The notes: generated by a model from the letters alone, not told the origin. A stretch of 43,286 nt of DNA from Pseudomonas sp. (GCA_044240245.1 JBIHZW010000001.1:1-43286), one strand, 5' to 3'. Counted from the stretch's first letter, positions 1 to 9,578 are shown. Numbers and translations are program-made.

Positions 1-3000
1 GCTCGAAGGTCAGGTCGATAAAGCCCTTGAGAAAACCTTTTAGGCTGTCGAATTCCAGCCGCGCCGCCGCCTCGCGCATGTGTGCGGCCAGGCCATGGGC
101 CGGATCACAGAGAATGGCGCGCAGACGCTGCACATCCAGCCCGGCCAGAGGAAAGGTAAAGCCCAACTCAGGCAGACGCCGCGCCGGATTAAGGCCAGCG
201 AGGGTCAGGCCATTGCCATCCAGATCGGCGTCGATCACCTGTTGCAGTTGCTCAAGCGCCACGGCCTGCCAATCGCTGTTGATACCGTGGCCGCTTAGCC
301 CCGGTTCGATCAGCTCACGCAGGGGCGCCTTGCCCCGCGCCCAGTCTTCGAGAATGGCATGCAGGCAGGTGCCCGCCCGCGCGCCACGGGGGAAGGCGAA
401 GAAGCCCGTGCCCGGTTCGCTGGCATCCGGCAGCACCAGTCCGTCGCGGTCCGGGGCTTCCATATGCATACCGGCGGCCAGGCCCGAGAAGCTGCCGATG
501 CGCCAGGCGCTGTGCAGGCTGCGCTGCAGGCTGGCCAGTTGTTGCGGGGCCGGGGCGCGCTGCTCACCGGCGGCGCTGGCCTCACCTTCACGCAGCGGCT
601 GGATAACCATCTGGCCCCGGCTGCTGGCGATAAGGTGTTCGATTTCGGCACGCAAACCCTGCGGGCTGAGACTTTGCAGATGGCCCGCCAGTTCGGCCAG
701 GGCATCCTCACCGGGCAACTCGCGACCGTGCAGCAGCCAGGCCAGGGCGCTGCTGTGCAGGCCGCTGTCGCCGAGGGTGCCGTCTTTTCTCGGTTTGCAG
801 TCCACCGGCCCCCAGTGCAGCCACAGGCGATCCCGCGCACGGGTCAGTGCAACATAGGTCAGTCGCAGTTTCTCGGCAAAACGCTCATGGCGGGCGCGCT
901 CGCGGTGCTCGTCTATCTGCTCCCCGCCGAGGTCCAGCAGCGGTGTGCCGTCGTCGGCGTGGCAGCTGATGTCTTCGCTCTGGCGCAGCAGCGCGCCGTC
1001 CCACAGGTAGGGGCAGAACACCAGCGGGTATTCCAGGCCCTTGGAGGTGTGGATGGTGACAATCTGCACCCGCTCGGCATCGCTTTCCAGGCGCAACAGG
1101 GCGTCCTCGCCATGGGCCTCGGCGCTACGCTGGGCGTTAAACCAGGCGAGCAACTGTTCCAGACCGGGGCGTTGCAGGCTTTCTGTTTGCAACAGCTCGG
1201 CCAGGTGCAGCAGGTTGGTCAGGCGGCGCTCGCCGTCCACCAGAGCCAGCAGGCGCTGGGCCACCTGCTGCTCATCCAGCCAGGCGCGGAAGGCGCGCAT
1301 AAAGCCTTGTTGCTGCCAGAGCTGGTGATAGCGCTCGGCGTCTTCGCGCTCGCGGTCCCAAGCCTGGGCATCCTCGGCGCAAGCAGCCAGCACCTGGGCG
1401 CTGCGGCCCAGCAGACGGCTGGCCAGGGCATAGCGCAACGCACCTTCGCGGCCCGGTTCGGCATAAGCGGCCAGCACGGCGGACAGCTCGGCGGCTTCTT
1501 CGCTGTGCCAGACGTTCTCCTTGCCGCGACGCACGCTGGGCACGCCGCGGGCGGCCAGTTCTGCAGCCACCTCACTGGCCTGACGGTGGTTGGCGACCAG
1601 CACGGCAATATCGCCGCCCTTGAGTGGTGTCCGCCGGCCCTGATCGTCGCCTTCATTCTCAAAATACGCCTGGCCCTGACTGCTGGCGCTAAGCACCGCA
1701 GCGATACGTCGCGCCGTATCTCGCGCCACCAAGGTGCTCGCGTCACCCTTGCCCAGGTAGTCGTTATCCAGCCAGACCAGCGCCAGCGGCGCGTCTGCCT
1801 CGCCCTCTATGAGTGGCAGCACCAGCTGCGGGCGCGGGTGATCGCTGGCACCGACCTGCTGATAGCTCAGACCCTTCTCGGCGAAGGGCATGGGGCGGGC
1901 GAACAGCTGGTTAAGCGCGGCGATCAACTCAGGGGTGGAGCGGTGATTGGTGGACAAGCTGTATTGCCGCGCGGCTTCGCTACGGGCCTTGAGGTAGGTC
2001 GCCAGATCCGCGCCACGGAAGGCGTAGATAGCCTGCTTGGGGTCGCCGACAAAACACAGGTCGCCGGCATCCTGATAAATGCGGTGAAACACCCGGTACT
2101 GCACCGGGTCGGTGTCCTGAAACTCGTCGATCAGCGCCACGGGGTATTGCGTACACAGCGTGCCGGCCAGATGCTCACCACCCTCGCCCTGCAGCGCCTG
2201 CTGCAGCTTGTTGAGCAGGTCATCGAAGGCCAGTAGGCGCTGCGCGGCCTTGCGCGCCGGCAGTTGCTCGTCGAGCTGGCCGATCAAGCGTACCTGCAGG
2301 TCGATCAGCCGTTGCTCGGCCTCGGGCTGCGCGGCATCCAATGCGTCGCACAGCTCCTGCAATGCAGCGGCCAGGGGATTGGCTGGTGCTTCGCAGCCCT
2401 TCTTGCTGGCCTTGTTCAGCCCTTCCCGGGCCAGGCGGCGGTGTGCTTCGGTTTTGCTGAACAGTGCTGCCACATCGCTGAAATAACCATCCAGCTCAGC
2501 CTGCCAGACGCCCAGCTTGGCCGGGTTGCACATATTGCTCTTGAAGCCGTCGAAAGCCTTGAGCTGCGCCAGCCAGGCGGCGCTTTCACTCAGCCAGCAG
2601 CGCTGCGCCTGCTGCCAGGCGGCGCGCAGGGCGCTCATCTCGCTGCTGGCCCCCGGTTGCGGCTCGATACGCAGATACGGCTTGCCCAGGTGATTGCGCA
2701 GACGCTTGCGCAGGCTCTGCGGGGTGATCTTATGCTGCACCAGAAACGCCGCCCATTCCGGCTCGGCGGCGGCCAGCTCATGGCGCCAGAGGTCGGCGAG
2801 CAGGGCGTCGATAATCTCGCGATCGTCATGGGTCAGCTCGTTATCGAAATCACCGCCAGCCTCGAACGCGGCATCCTGCAGGGCGCGCTGACAGAAACCG
2901 TGAATGGTGAAGATCGCTGCCTCATCGAAGCCATGCACCGCCAGCAGCAAACGCCGATGGCTTGCCGCATCCGGATACTGGGCATGTAGTGCGTTGAGTA

Positions 3001-3256
3001 GGCTGTCGCCGCTGGCCACGCCGTCGTACACCGCCAGCAGCTCGGCCAAGCGTTTACGAATGCGCTCGCGCAGCTCAGCGGTGGCGGCAGTGGTAAAGGT
3101 CACCACTAGAATCTGGCTGACGCTGAGCTGCTTCTCCAGCAGCAGACGGGCGTACAGCGCCGTCAGGGTCCAGGTCTTGCCAGTACCGGCACTGGCCTCG
3201 ATCAGCGAGCGGCCGGTGAAGCTGTCCTGCAGCAGGTTCAGGCTAGCGCTGCTCAT
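1..3256 (-). CDS. recB: Exodeoxyribonuclease V beta subunit RecB (3' end runs off the window)
   Basis: Absent from the ORF track because there is no stop in the window. Read by hand from ATG at 3256: MSSASLNLLQDSFTGRSLIEASAGTGKTWTLTALYARLLL...ILVVTFTTAATAELRERIR (UvrD/RecB Walker A and motif Ia). Nuclease motif GFLKGFIDLTFE lies at the left edge. The start overlaps the recC stop (ATGA). Confidence 0.95.
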   Translation of the reverse strand, partial: MSSASLNLLQDSFTGRSLIEASAGTGKTWTLTALYARLLLEKQLSVSQILVVTFTTAATAELRERIRKRLAELLAVYDGVASGDSLLNALHAQYPDAASHRRLLLAVHGFDEAAIFTIHGFCQRALQDAAFEAGGDFDNELTHDDREIIDALLADLWRHELAAAEPEWAAFLVQHKITPQSLRKRLRNHLGKPYLRIEPQPGASSEMSALRAAWQQAQRCWLSESAAWLAQLKAFDGFKSNMCNPAKLGVWQAELDGYFSDVAALFSKTEAHRRLAREGLNKASKKGCEAPANPLAAALQELCDALDAAQPEAEQRLIDLQVRLIGQLDEQLPARKAAQRLLAFDDLLNKLQQALQGEGGEHLAGTLCTQYPVALIDEFQDTDPVQYRVFHRIYQDAGDLCFVGDPKQAIYAFRGADLATYLKARSEAARQYSLSTNHRSTPELIAALNQLFARPMPFAEKGLSYQQVGASDHPRPQLVLPLIEGEADAPLALVWLDNDYLGKGDASTLVARDTARRIAAVLSASSQGQAYFENEGDDQGRRTPLKGGDIAVLVANHRQASEVAAELAARGVPSVRRGKENVWHSEEAAELSAVLAAYAEPGREGALRYALASRLLGRSAQVLAACAEDAQAWDREREDAERYHQLWQQQGFMRAFRAWLDEQQVAQRLLALVDGERRLTNLLHLAELLQTESLQRPGLEQLLAWFNAQRSAEAHGEDALLRLESDAERVQIVTIHTSKGLEYPLVFCPYLWDGALLRQSEDISCHADDGTPLLDLGGEQIDEHRERARHERFAEKLRLTYVALTRARDRLWLHWGPVDCKPRKDGTLGDSGLHSSALAWLLHGRELPGEDALAELAGHLQSLSPQGLRAEIEHLIASSRGQMVIQPLREGEASAAGEQRAPAPQQLASLQRSLHSAWRIGSFSGLAAGMHMEAPDRDGLVLPDASEPGTGFFAFPRGARAGTCLHAILEDWARGKAPLRELIEPGLSGHGINSDWQAVALEQLQQVIDADLDGNGLTLAGLNPARRLPELGFTFPLAGLDVQRLRAILCDPAHGLAAHMREAAARLEFDSLKGFLKGFIDLTFE

Positions 3257-6200
3257 GCTTCGTCCTCGTCACTGCCCTGCAGGGCATCCAACGCCGGGCC
3301 GTAGAGTTGTTCGGCCAGCGCCTCGAAGCGTTCGTTCAATGCCTCGCGGTCGCGAAAGGCCAGGGCATTCCAGGGGTCTTGGCCTTCGCCGGTCATATGG
3401 TCATTGCCTTGCCACATCAACCGCGCTTCGCTGCGGGCGGCGTCAATCGGTTCCTTGCGTCCGGGGTTGCGCCATTTGCGGGTAAAGCCGTGGCTGCATT
3501 TGGCGAACAGCGGCAGCGGTTCGCACAGCGCGCTTTTGTAGGCTTCCAGCCAGGGCAGCAGCAGCCCACGGGCATCGGCCAGCGGCCCGAGTCGCCATTC
3601 GCTTTTCGGCGAGAGCAGACGGCTGTCGCGGCTGATGGCGGGGGTGGCGGCGCAGTTAAGCAACAGATGGCGCAACCAGAACGGTGCCAGTTCCCAGGCT
3701 CCCAGGTCGCGCAGGCGGTAGTCGAACAGGCCGGCACTGGTCACGCCATCGAGCCAGCCGTGGATGCGTACGCCGGCCAGTTCGAGATCCACCAGCAACG
3801 GTTGCGGCGCGTCATCCGGGCGTTCGTCGAACAGCGTCGGGGCGAAGGCGCGGATCGGCCCGCGAATCTGCCCCCAATGCGCCTGGCCCAGCTCGCCCAC
3901 CGGCAGCCAGCCAGAGGCCGCAGCTACGGCGCGCTCCTGACGCTCGCTCCAGCCCTGCTCGATAGCCTGCAACGCCAGCTGGCGCAGGCCGTGCTGGCTG
4001 GTCCACTCGACACTAAAGGGCTCGTCGCCAGCCAGGGTTTCCTCTGTCTGCGCCAGGCGCAGGCCGAGGCGCTGTTCCAGCAGGTAGCGCGCCGGGTGCT
4101 TGAAACAGTGGATCAACTGGCTTGGCTCGATGCTTAGCGGAGCGCCGCCCGGCCAGTCTTTATCCGGCTCTTCGAGGCGGCTGGCAAAGGGCGCGGGGGC
4201 TTCCACCGCCTGACTCAAACGCTGCGCAGCACGGAACCACGGCGCGGCAAAACCGGCATGCCGGCTACCGGCGAAGTTGCCGGGGGCGAAGGGTTGCAAT
4301 GGATGATGGTGGGTAATCCGCGCGCTGGCGCTTTGTCCATCGACGCCGCAGACGGCGGTGAGGTCGACCACATCGAGCAGTTCGCTGACCAGCACCGAAG
4401 GCGGCAGCTCGGCGTTGCTGCGCGGGTCGCGGCCGACGTAGCTAAGGTACAGGCCGCCGCGGGCCGAGAGCAGAGTTTCCAGCAGCAGATAGCGGTCGTC
4501 CAGACGCCGCGCGCGGTCGCCGCGTCGAGGTTTCTGCCCGATCAGGTCGAAGCCGGCAGCCGGGGTGCGGCGTGGCAGCGCGCCGTCGTCCAGGCCGAGC
4601 AGGCAGACCAGGCGAAACGGCAGGCTGCGCATCGGCACCATGGTGCAGAAGGTCACCGCGCCGGTGAGAAAGCCCGAGGCGGCGCTGCCCTGCTCCAGCG
4701 CTGCAGTCAGCTGCTGACGGATCAGCGCCAGCTCGATTGGTCGCTCAACACCCGAGGCGTCGGCCTGCTCCTTGAGCGCGGCGCAAGCCTTGGACAGCAG
4801 TAACAGGGTGTCGCCGGCCTCGCGCTCATCAAACAACTGGTCGATCAGCACTTGCAGGCTCTCGGCCCATTCGCGCAAAGGCCGTGGCCGTTGCAGGCTC
4901 TGCGCCAGGGCGGCCAGACGCTCGACAAAACCGGCAAGACGGCCGAGCAGTTGCGCCCGACCGCCTTCCAGTGCATCCAACGGCCAGCTGGCACCCAGCA
5001 GCGGGGCCTGGCTGCCGGCCAGTTGCGGCGGCGCGGCAAAGCCCAGCAGCAGACGGTCCAGCCCTTGCCTCCAGGTAAAGGCGGCATCGGCGGGCAGACC
5101 TAGCTGCTCGCGGTGCGCGCCATCGCGGCCCCAGCGCACGCCGGCCTCGCGCAGCCAGTCGCGCAGCAACGGCAAATCTTCGGCTTCGATACCGGCACGG
5201 CGGGCGATGGCCGGTTGCTCCAGCCAGGCGAGAATTTCCTCGGCAGCGAAGCGACTATCCGGCAGCGCCAGCAGGTTGAGGAAGGCCTCCAGCAGGGGAA
5301 TTTCCGCGCGCAGGCTGCGATCGGCCAGGCTGAAAGGAATCCGCGGTACGCCTTCACGCGGGGCGAACACCGCTTCGATATAGGGTGCGTAACGCTCGAT
5401 ATCCGGGGTCAGCACCACCACCTGATCCGGGGTCAGGCCGGGCTCGGCGGCAAAGCGCGCAAGCAACTGGTCATGCAGAATTTCCACCTCGCGCAGCGGC
5501 GAGTGGGCGATATGCAGCTCCAGCGAGCGGTCGTCGTCACGCAGCTGCAGGCGCTCATCAGCCGAGCGGGTGCGCAAGCGCAGGATGTCGTTCTGCAGCG
5601 CCTGCAACAGGCTGGCGTCGTACAGGTCGGCATCTTCGGAATACAGGCCGATTTCCTGGCTGCCTTCACTGGACGCCAGGCTGAACAGGCTGTCGAAAAA
5701 GTCGCGGCCCTGCTTGCCCAGGCTGGCCAGCAGCGGGTGACCGACATCCAGATACCAATCGTCCGGACTGAGTTCAGGCTGCCTGGCCAACTCACGGATA
5801 TCGCGAATCTCGCCCCAGGCTTCGCGACAGGGGTTGAGGGCGAAGAGGATCACTTCGGTGTGCCGCGCCAGGCCTTCCAACACGCGCATATGGTGCGGCG
5901 GCAGCGAGCTGATGCCGAACACCAGCACGCGCTCGGGCAAACCCGGCATGGGTTCAGGTTGATGCAAACGGGCGAGCAGCTCTTCCAGTAGCCGGGCACG
6001 GTGCGGGTGGCCGTCGCGGGTCAGCTCGCGCCAGAGCAGCGCCTGCCAGCCTTCGTCCGGGCCAAGATCAAGCAGCTCGTTGCGCTCCCAGGCGGCCAGC
6101 CATTCGTCGCGATACAGCAGGTATTGGTCGAATACGTCGGCGATCTTGACGGCAAGTGACAAACGCCGCCGCTCATCGCCACCCTCCAGATAATGGGCCA

Positions 6201-6528
6201 GACGCGGTGCTTCGGCCAAGTTGGCAGGCTCGCACAGCCAGTCATACAAGCGCCAACTCAGGCTGCTGGGGCTAAAGGCCGATTGCTCTGGCAACTGGCC
6301 CAAAGCCAGGCGCGACAAGTCCCAGACAAATTTGGCCGGCAGCTGCACCTCGAGCTGCATGGCGATGCCCTGCTTACGCGCCAGCTCCAGGGTCAACCAG
6401 CGCCCCATACCCTGACTCGGCACTACCACCAACGCCGGCGCAAAAGGCTCGCGCATCGGCGTTGCGAGCAGGGTGGTGGCCAGCTCGCCAAGGGTTTCCA
6501 GGTCAGGGGCGTGATAAAGCGTAAGCAT
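3253..6528 (-). CDS. recC: Exodeoxyribonuclease V gamma subunit RecC
   Basis: About 1091 aa with RecC motifs VVVPSQGMGRWL, IADVFDQYLLYR, HPLLASLGKQGRDF, HSPLREVEILHDQLL, VTFCTMVPMRSLPF and DDRYLLLETLLSAR. ATG at 6528 preferred over TTG at 6561, which falls at the edge of the repeat element. Confidence 0.95.
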   Translation of the reverse strand: MLTLYHAPDLETLGELATTLLATPMREPFAPALVVVPSQGMGRWLTLELARKQGIAMQLEVQLPAKFVWDLSRLALGQLPEQSAFSPSSLSWRLYDWLCEPANLAEAPRLAHYLEGGDERRRLSLAVKIADVFDQYLLYRDEWLAAWERNELLDLGPDEGWQALLWRELTRDGHPHRARLLEELLARLHQPEPMPGLPERVLVFGISSLPPHHMRVLEGLARHTEVILFALNPCREAWGEIRDIRELARQPELSPDDWYLDVGHPLLASLGKQGRDFFDSLFSLASSEGSQEIGLYSEDADLYDASLLQALQNDILRLRTRSADERLQLRDDDRSLELHIAHSPLREVEILHDQLLARFAAEPGLTPDQVVVLTPDIERYAPYIEAVFAPREGVPRIPFSLADRSLRAEIPLLEAFLNLLALPDSRFAAEEILAWLEQPAIARRAGIEAEDLPLLRDWLREAGVRWGRDGAHREQLGLPADAAFTWRQGLDRLLLGFAAPPQLAGSQAPLLGASWPLDALEGGRAQLLGRLAGFVERLAALAQSLQRPRPLREWAESLQVLIDQLFDEREAGDTLLLLSKACAALKEQADASGVERPIELALIRQQLTAALEQGSAASGFLTGAVTFCTMVPMRSLPFRLVCLLGLDDGALPRRTPAAGFDLIGQKPRRGDRARRLDDRYLLLETLLSARGGLYLSYVGRDPRSNAELPPSVLVSELLDVVDLTAVCGVDGQSASARITHHHPLQPFAPGNFAGSRHAGFAAPWFRAAQRLSQAVEAPAPFASRLEEPDKDWPGGAPLSIEPSQLIHCFKHPARYLLEQRLGLRLAQTEETLAGDEPFSVEWTSQHGLRQLALQAIEQGWSERQERAVAAASGWLPVGELGQAHWGQIRGPIRAFAPTLFDERPDDAPQPLLVDLELAGVRIHGWLDGVTSAGLFDYRLRDLGAWELAPFWLRHLLLNCAATPAISRDSRLLSPKSEWRLGPLADARGLLLPWLEAYKSALCEPLPLFAKCSHGFTRKWRNPGRKEPIDAARSEARLMWQGNDHMTGEGQDPWNALAFRDREALNERFEALAEQLYGPALDALQGSDEDEA

Positions 6529-6560
6529 CGAAGGGGGTCGCTTCCGTTCAGTAGCGGGCA

Positions 6561-6702
6561 AGAACCTGCTTACGATCTGCTGCGCGTCGGCCTGGCGGCG
6601 TTAAAAACAGCCTCGGAATGCTCATTTACAGCTCGTAAACTCCGCTTCCTCGGCCGTTTTTGCCTTGCCCGGCTCTAGCTCGCTAGATCGTAAACAGGTT
6701 CT
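6561..6702. mobile_element. 142-bp MITE/ERIC-like inverted-repeat element, copy A
   Basis: 18-bp terminal inverted repeats AGAACCTGCTTACGATCT ... AGATCGTAAACAGGTTCT and nested internal inverted repeats. A second copy lies in reverse orientation at 41956-42097. Confidence 0.8.
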
Positions 6703-6883
6703 AAGGTTATCAGCTCACGCAGCCTGGCGGGATTGCACGACAGTCTGTGTCGCGCGCTGGCGCGGATGGCCAACCCCAGCTAAAGCTAAATACAGGGTCT
6801 GCGCTTCTACAAGATGGGCCTTTATAACAAGTAAAAACCACGCGTCACGCTGCAACCGGGCTGACGCGCCAGGGAGCAGCACC

Positions 6884-8530
6884 ATGCTCACCCTGCTTAA
6901 TCTTCTGTCTGCCGTCGCCTTGCTGATCTGGGGCACCCATATCGTCCGTACCGGCATCCTGCGGGTGTATGGCTCGCACCTGCGCAAGGTGCTTAGCCAT
7001 AACGTAAGCAAGCGGCCGCTGGCGTTTGCCGCCGGCATCGGCGTTACCGCGCTGGTGCAGAGCAGCAACGCCACCGCGCTGCTGGTCACCTCGTTCGTCG
7101 CCCAGGGTCTGATGGCGCTGACCCCGGCGCTGGCGATCATGCTCGGTGCGGATGTCGGCACGGCGCTGATGGCCCGCGTGCTGACCCTCGACCTGAGCTG
7201 GCTAAGCCCACTGCTGATCTTTCTCGGAGTGATCTTCTTTCTCTCGCGCAAGCAGACCCGCGCCGGCCAGCTCGGCCGCGTGGCTATCGGCCTGGGGCTG
7301 ATGCTGCTGGCCCTGGAGCTAATCGTTGCCGCCGCCACGCCGATTACCCAGACCCGCGGCATCCAGGTGCTGTTTGCCTCGCTGACTGGCGACCTGCTGC
7401 TGGATGCCCTGGTCGGCGCGCTGTTCGCGCTGATTTCCTACTCCAGCCTGGCCGCCGTGCTGCTTACCGCGACGCTGACCGGTGCTGGCTTGATCAGCCT
7501 GCCGGTGGCCATCGGCCTGGTGATTGGCGCGAATATCGGCAGCGGCGTGCTGGCCTTTCTCAACAGCAGCCTGCAATCCCCGGCCGGACGCCGGGTGGCC
7601 CTCGGCAGCCTGCTGTACAAGCTGATTGGCCTGCTGCTGGTGATACCGTTCCTCGACCCACTGGCCAACTGGCTGGACAGCCTGAAGTGGCGGCCCGAGG
7701 AGTTGGTGATCGCCTTCCACCTGCTCTACAACAGCCTGCGCTGCCTGCTGATGCTGCCCACGGTCGGGCTGATGGCGCGCTTCTGCAACTGGCTGCTACC
7801 AGATCGTCCGGACGAAAACGGCGTCGCCCGTCCGCGCCATCTCGACCCCACCGCGCTGGCCACACCGAGCCTGGCGCTGGCCAATGCGGTGCGCGAAACC
7901 CTGCGCATAGGCGACCTGATCGAGACCATGCTCAACCACCTGCTGGAAGTCCTGAGTGGCGGGCAAACCGCCCTGGGCAAGGAGCTGCGCCGCCTGGATG
8001 ACGATGTCGATGCACTCTACAGCGCGGTCAAGCTCTACCTAGCTCAGGTGCCACGCGAGGTGTTGAGTGAGCACGACAGCCGGCGCTGGGCGGAGATCAT
8101 CGAGCTGGCAGTCAATCTGGAGCAGGCCGGCGACATCATCGAACGCATGCTCGGCAAAGTGCAGGATCAGAAAACCGCCCAGCGCCATTCGTTTTCGGAC
8201 AGCGGCCTGGAGGAACTCACCGCCCTGCACGCCCAGTTGCTGGCCAACCTGCGCCTGGGCCTCTCGGTGTTTCTCTCCGCTGACAAGGAAAGTGCGCGCC
8301 AGCTGCTGCGCGAGAAACGCCGCTTCCGCGCCCAGGAGCGCCGCCTGGCCCACGCCCATGTCAGCCGGCTGCACCATCAGGTGGTGCAAAGCATCGAAAC
8401 CAGCGCCCTGCATATGGAGCTGATTGCCGATATGAAGCGCCTCAACTCACTGTTCTGCGCCAGCGCCTATGTGGTGCTGGAAAGCAGCGAGACAGGCGCC
8501 TTGCACAGTCAGGACATAGCCGGTGAGTAA
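6884..8530 (+). CDS. Na+/Pi cotransporter family protein with C-terminal PhoU-like domain (YjbB-like)
   Basis: Motifs VTALVQSSNATALL, IMLGADVGT, YSSLAAVLL and IGANIGS; hydrophobic N-half and helical C-half. GGAG lies upstream of ATG 6884. Confidence 0.9.
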   Translation: MLTLLNLLSAVALLIWGTHIVRTGILRVYGSHLRKVLSHNVSKRPLAFAAGIGVTALVQSSNATALLVTSFVAQGLMALTPALAIMLGADVGTALMARVLTLDLSWLSPLLIFLGVIFFLSRKQTRAGQLGRVAIGLGLMLLALELIVAAATPITQTRGIQVLFASLTGDLLLDALVGALFALISYSSLAAVLLTATLTGAGLISLPVAIGLVIGANIGSGVLAFLNSSLQSPAGRRVALGSLLYKLIGLLLVIPFLDPLANWLDSLKWRPEELVIAFHLLYNSLRCLLMLPTVGLMARFCNWLLPDRPDENGVARPRHLDPTALATPSLALANAVRETLRIGDLIETMLNHLLEVLSGGQTALGKELRRLDDDVDALYSAVKLYLAQVPREVLSEHDSRRWAEIIELAVNLEQAGDIIERMLGKVQDQKTAQRHSFSDSGLEELTALHAQLLANLRLGLSVFLSADKESARQLLREKRRFRAQERRLAHAHVSRLHHQVVQSIETSALHMELIADMKRLNSLFCASAYVVLESSETGALHSQDIAGE

Positions 8531-8580
8531 TCTGCCGCGGGTTAGCTCCGGGCGAACGATGGGTAACTCCTGAAACAGAT

Positions 8581-8600
8581 GGGGCCGCAGTTGCGGCCCC
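8581..8600. terminator. Hairpin between convergent genes, probable terminator
   Basis: GGGGCCGCA-GT-TGCGGCCCC inverted repeat between the cotransporter and loiP stop codons. Confidence 0.65.
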
Positions 8601-8608
8601 TTCATGGA

Positions 8609-9361
8609 TCACTTACCGGCGGCAATGCGCTGGCGAATATGCGCGGCGCGTTCGGCCGAGCCCGGGTGTGAGTCAAACATGCTGCTGTCGCCACCGCCGA
8701 GTTGAGCCAGCTTGTCAAAAGCACTGGCCAGACCCTGCAGCGGAATGTTGCGCTGCTTCAGCAGATCAAAAGAGAAGTTGTCGGCAGCGCTTTCCTGAGA
8801 CTGGGAAAACTGCGCGTTGATCAGCGCCTCACCCAAATCGCCCAATTGCGAGCTGGACAGCGCCATTGCTGCACTGTTGCCGGAGGAGGCAATGGCACCA
8901 CGAGCCACCGAAGTAGCGTAGGCCGCTTGCATCGCCTTCTTTGTGTGGCCGAGAGCAACGTGGCCCATCTCGTGGCCCAGCACGCCTTCCACCTCGTTGT
9001 CGTTCATCAGGTCCATCAGGCCGCTGTACACGCGCACGCAACCGTTGGCCATGGCCCAGGCGTTGACTTCGTCAGTCAGGTAAACCTTGTAGGTAACCGG
9101 CGTCCCGTTGACCTGGCTGCCGAGGTTGCGGGCAATCGTTTCAAGACGCTTGCTGTACTTGCTATCGGCTGGCGCGATTGGTGACTGGGCGTCCATCTGT
9201 ACGCAGGCGTCGTCGGCCATGCTCTTCACTTCAGCATCGCTGAGAGTGGCAGCCTGCATGGTTTGCAGCCCGGTGCTAAGCATGGCATCGGGGCTCATAT
9301 TCTGGCAGCCGGAAAGCAGGGTGGCGAGCGCGAGCGCGGAAAGGGAGAACTGCAGTTTCAT
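8609..9361 (-). CDS. loiP: M48 family metallopeptidase lipoprotein (LoiP/YggG-like)
   Basis: Lipobox LLSGC; motifs VNAWAMANGCVRVYSGL, zinc motif HEMGH, FSQSQESAAD and SHPGSAER. Confidence 0.85.
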   Translation of the reverse strand: MKLQFSLSALALATLLSGCQNMSPDAMLSTGLQTMQAATLSDAEVKSMADDACVQMDAQSPIAPADSKYSKRLETIARNLGSQVNGTPVTYKVYLTDEVNAWAMANGCVRVYSGLMDLMNDNEVEGVLGHEMGHVALGHTKKAMQAAYATSVARGAIASSGNSAAMALSSSQLGDLGEALINAQFSQSQESAADNFSFDLLKQRNIPLQGLASAFDKLAQLGGGDSSMFDSHPGSAERAAHIRQRIAAGK

Positions 9362-9562
9362 GGTCATCGTCCTTGAGGATTGAGGCAATGGAGTAGCCGA
9401 GAGGCAGCGGCGTCCCGGCCGGCGCGGCATTGTCGGTGATATGCGCAGCCCCAAAGCGAGACACGGCTCACGTTCTGCAGCTTGGCTCAGGTGGCCAATG
9501 CCCCAGTGTCCAGACGGCTTTGCACCATAAAAACAGTGGCGCGGCCTAAGGCACGCAAGAAA

Positions 9563-9578
9563 ATTGGTCTATACCACC
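9563..9578. promoter_or_regulatory. Putative GntR/HutC-subfamily operator
   Basis: ATTGGTCTATACCACC; the core TGGTCTATACCA is one base from the palindrome TGGTCTAGACCA. It sits in the loiP/plcB divergent region. Confidence 0.45.

Noticed and set aside
359-2236. 625-aa plus-strand ORF (and 2264-2989)
   Set aside because: Antisense shadows of recB, which the ORF track missed because its stop lies outside the window; no recognisable motifs.
6665-6883. 73-aa N-terminal extension of the Na+/Pi cotransporter
   Set aside because: Starts at a TTG inside the repeat element; the family-like sequence and RBS begin at ATG 6884.
6700-6883. Pho box upstream of the Na+/Pi cotransporter
   Set aside because: No convincing CTGTCAT-like 11-bp direct repeat could be found.
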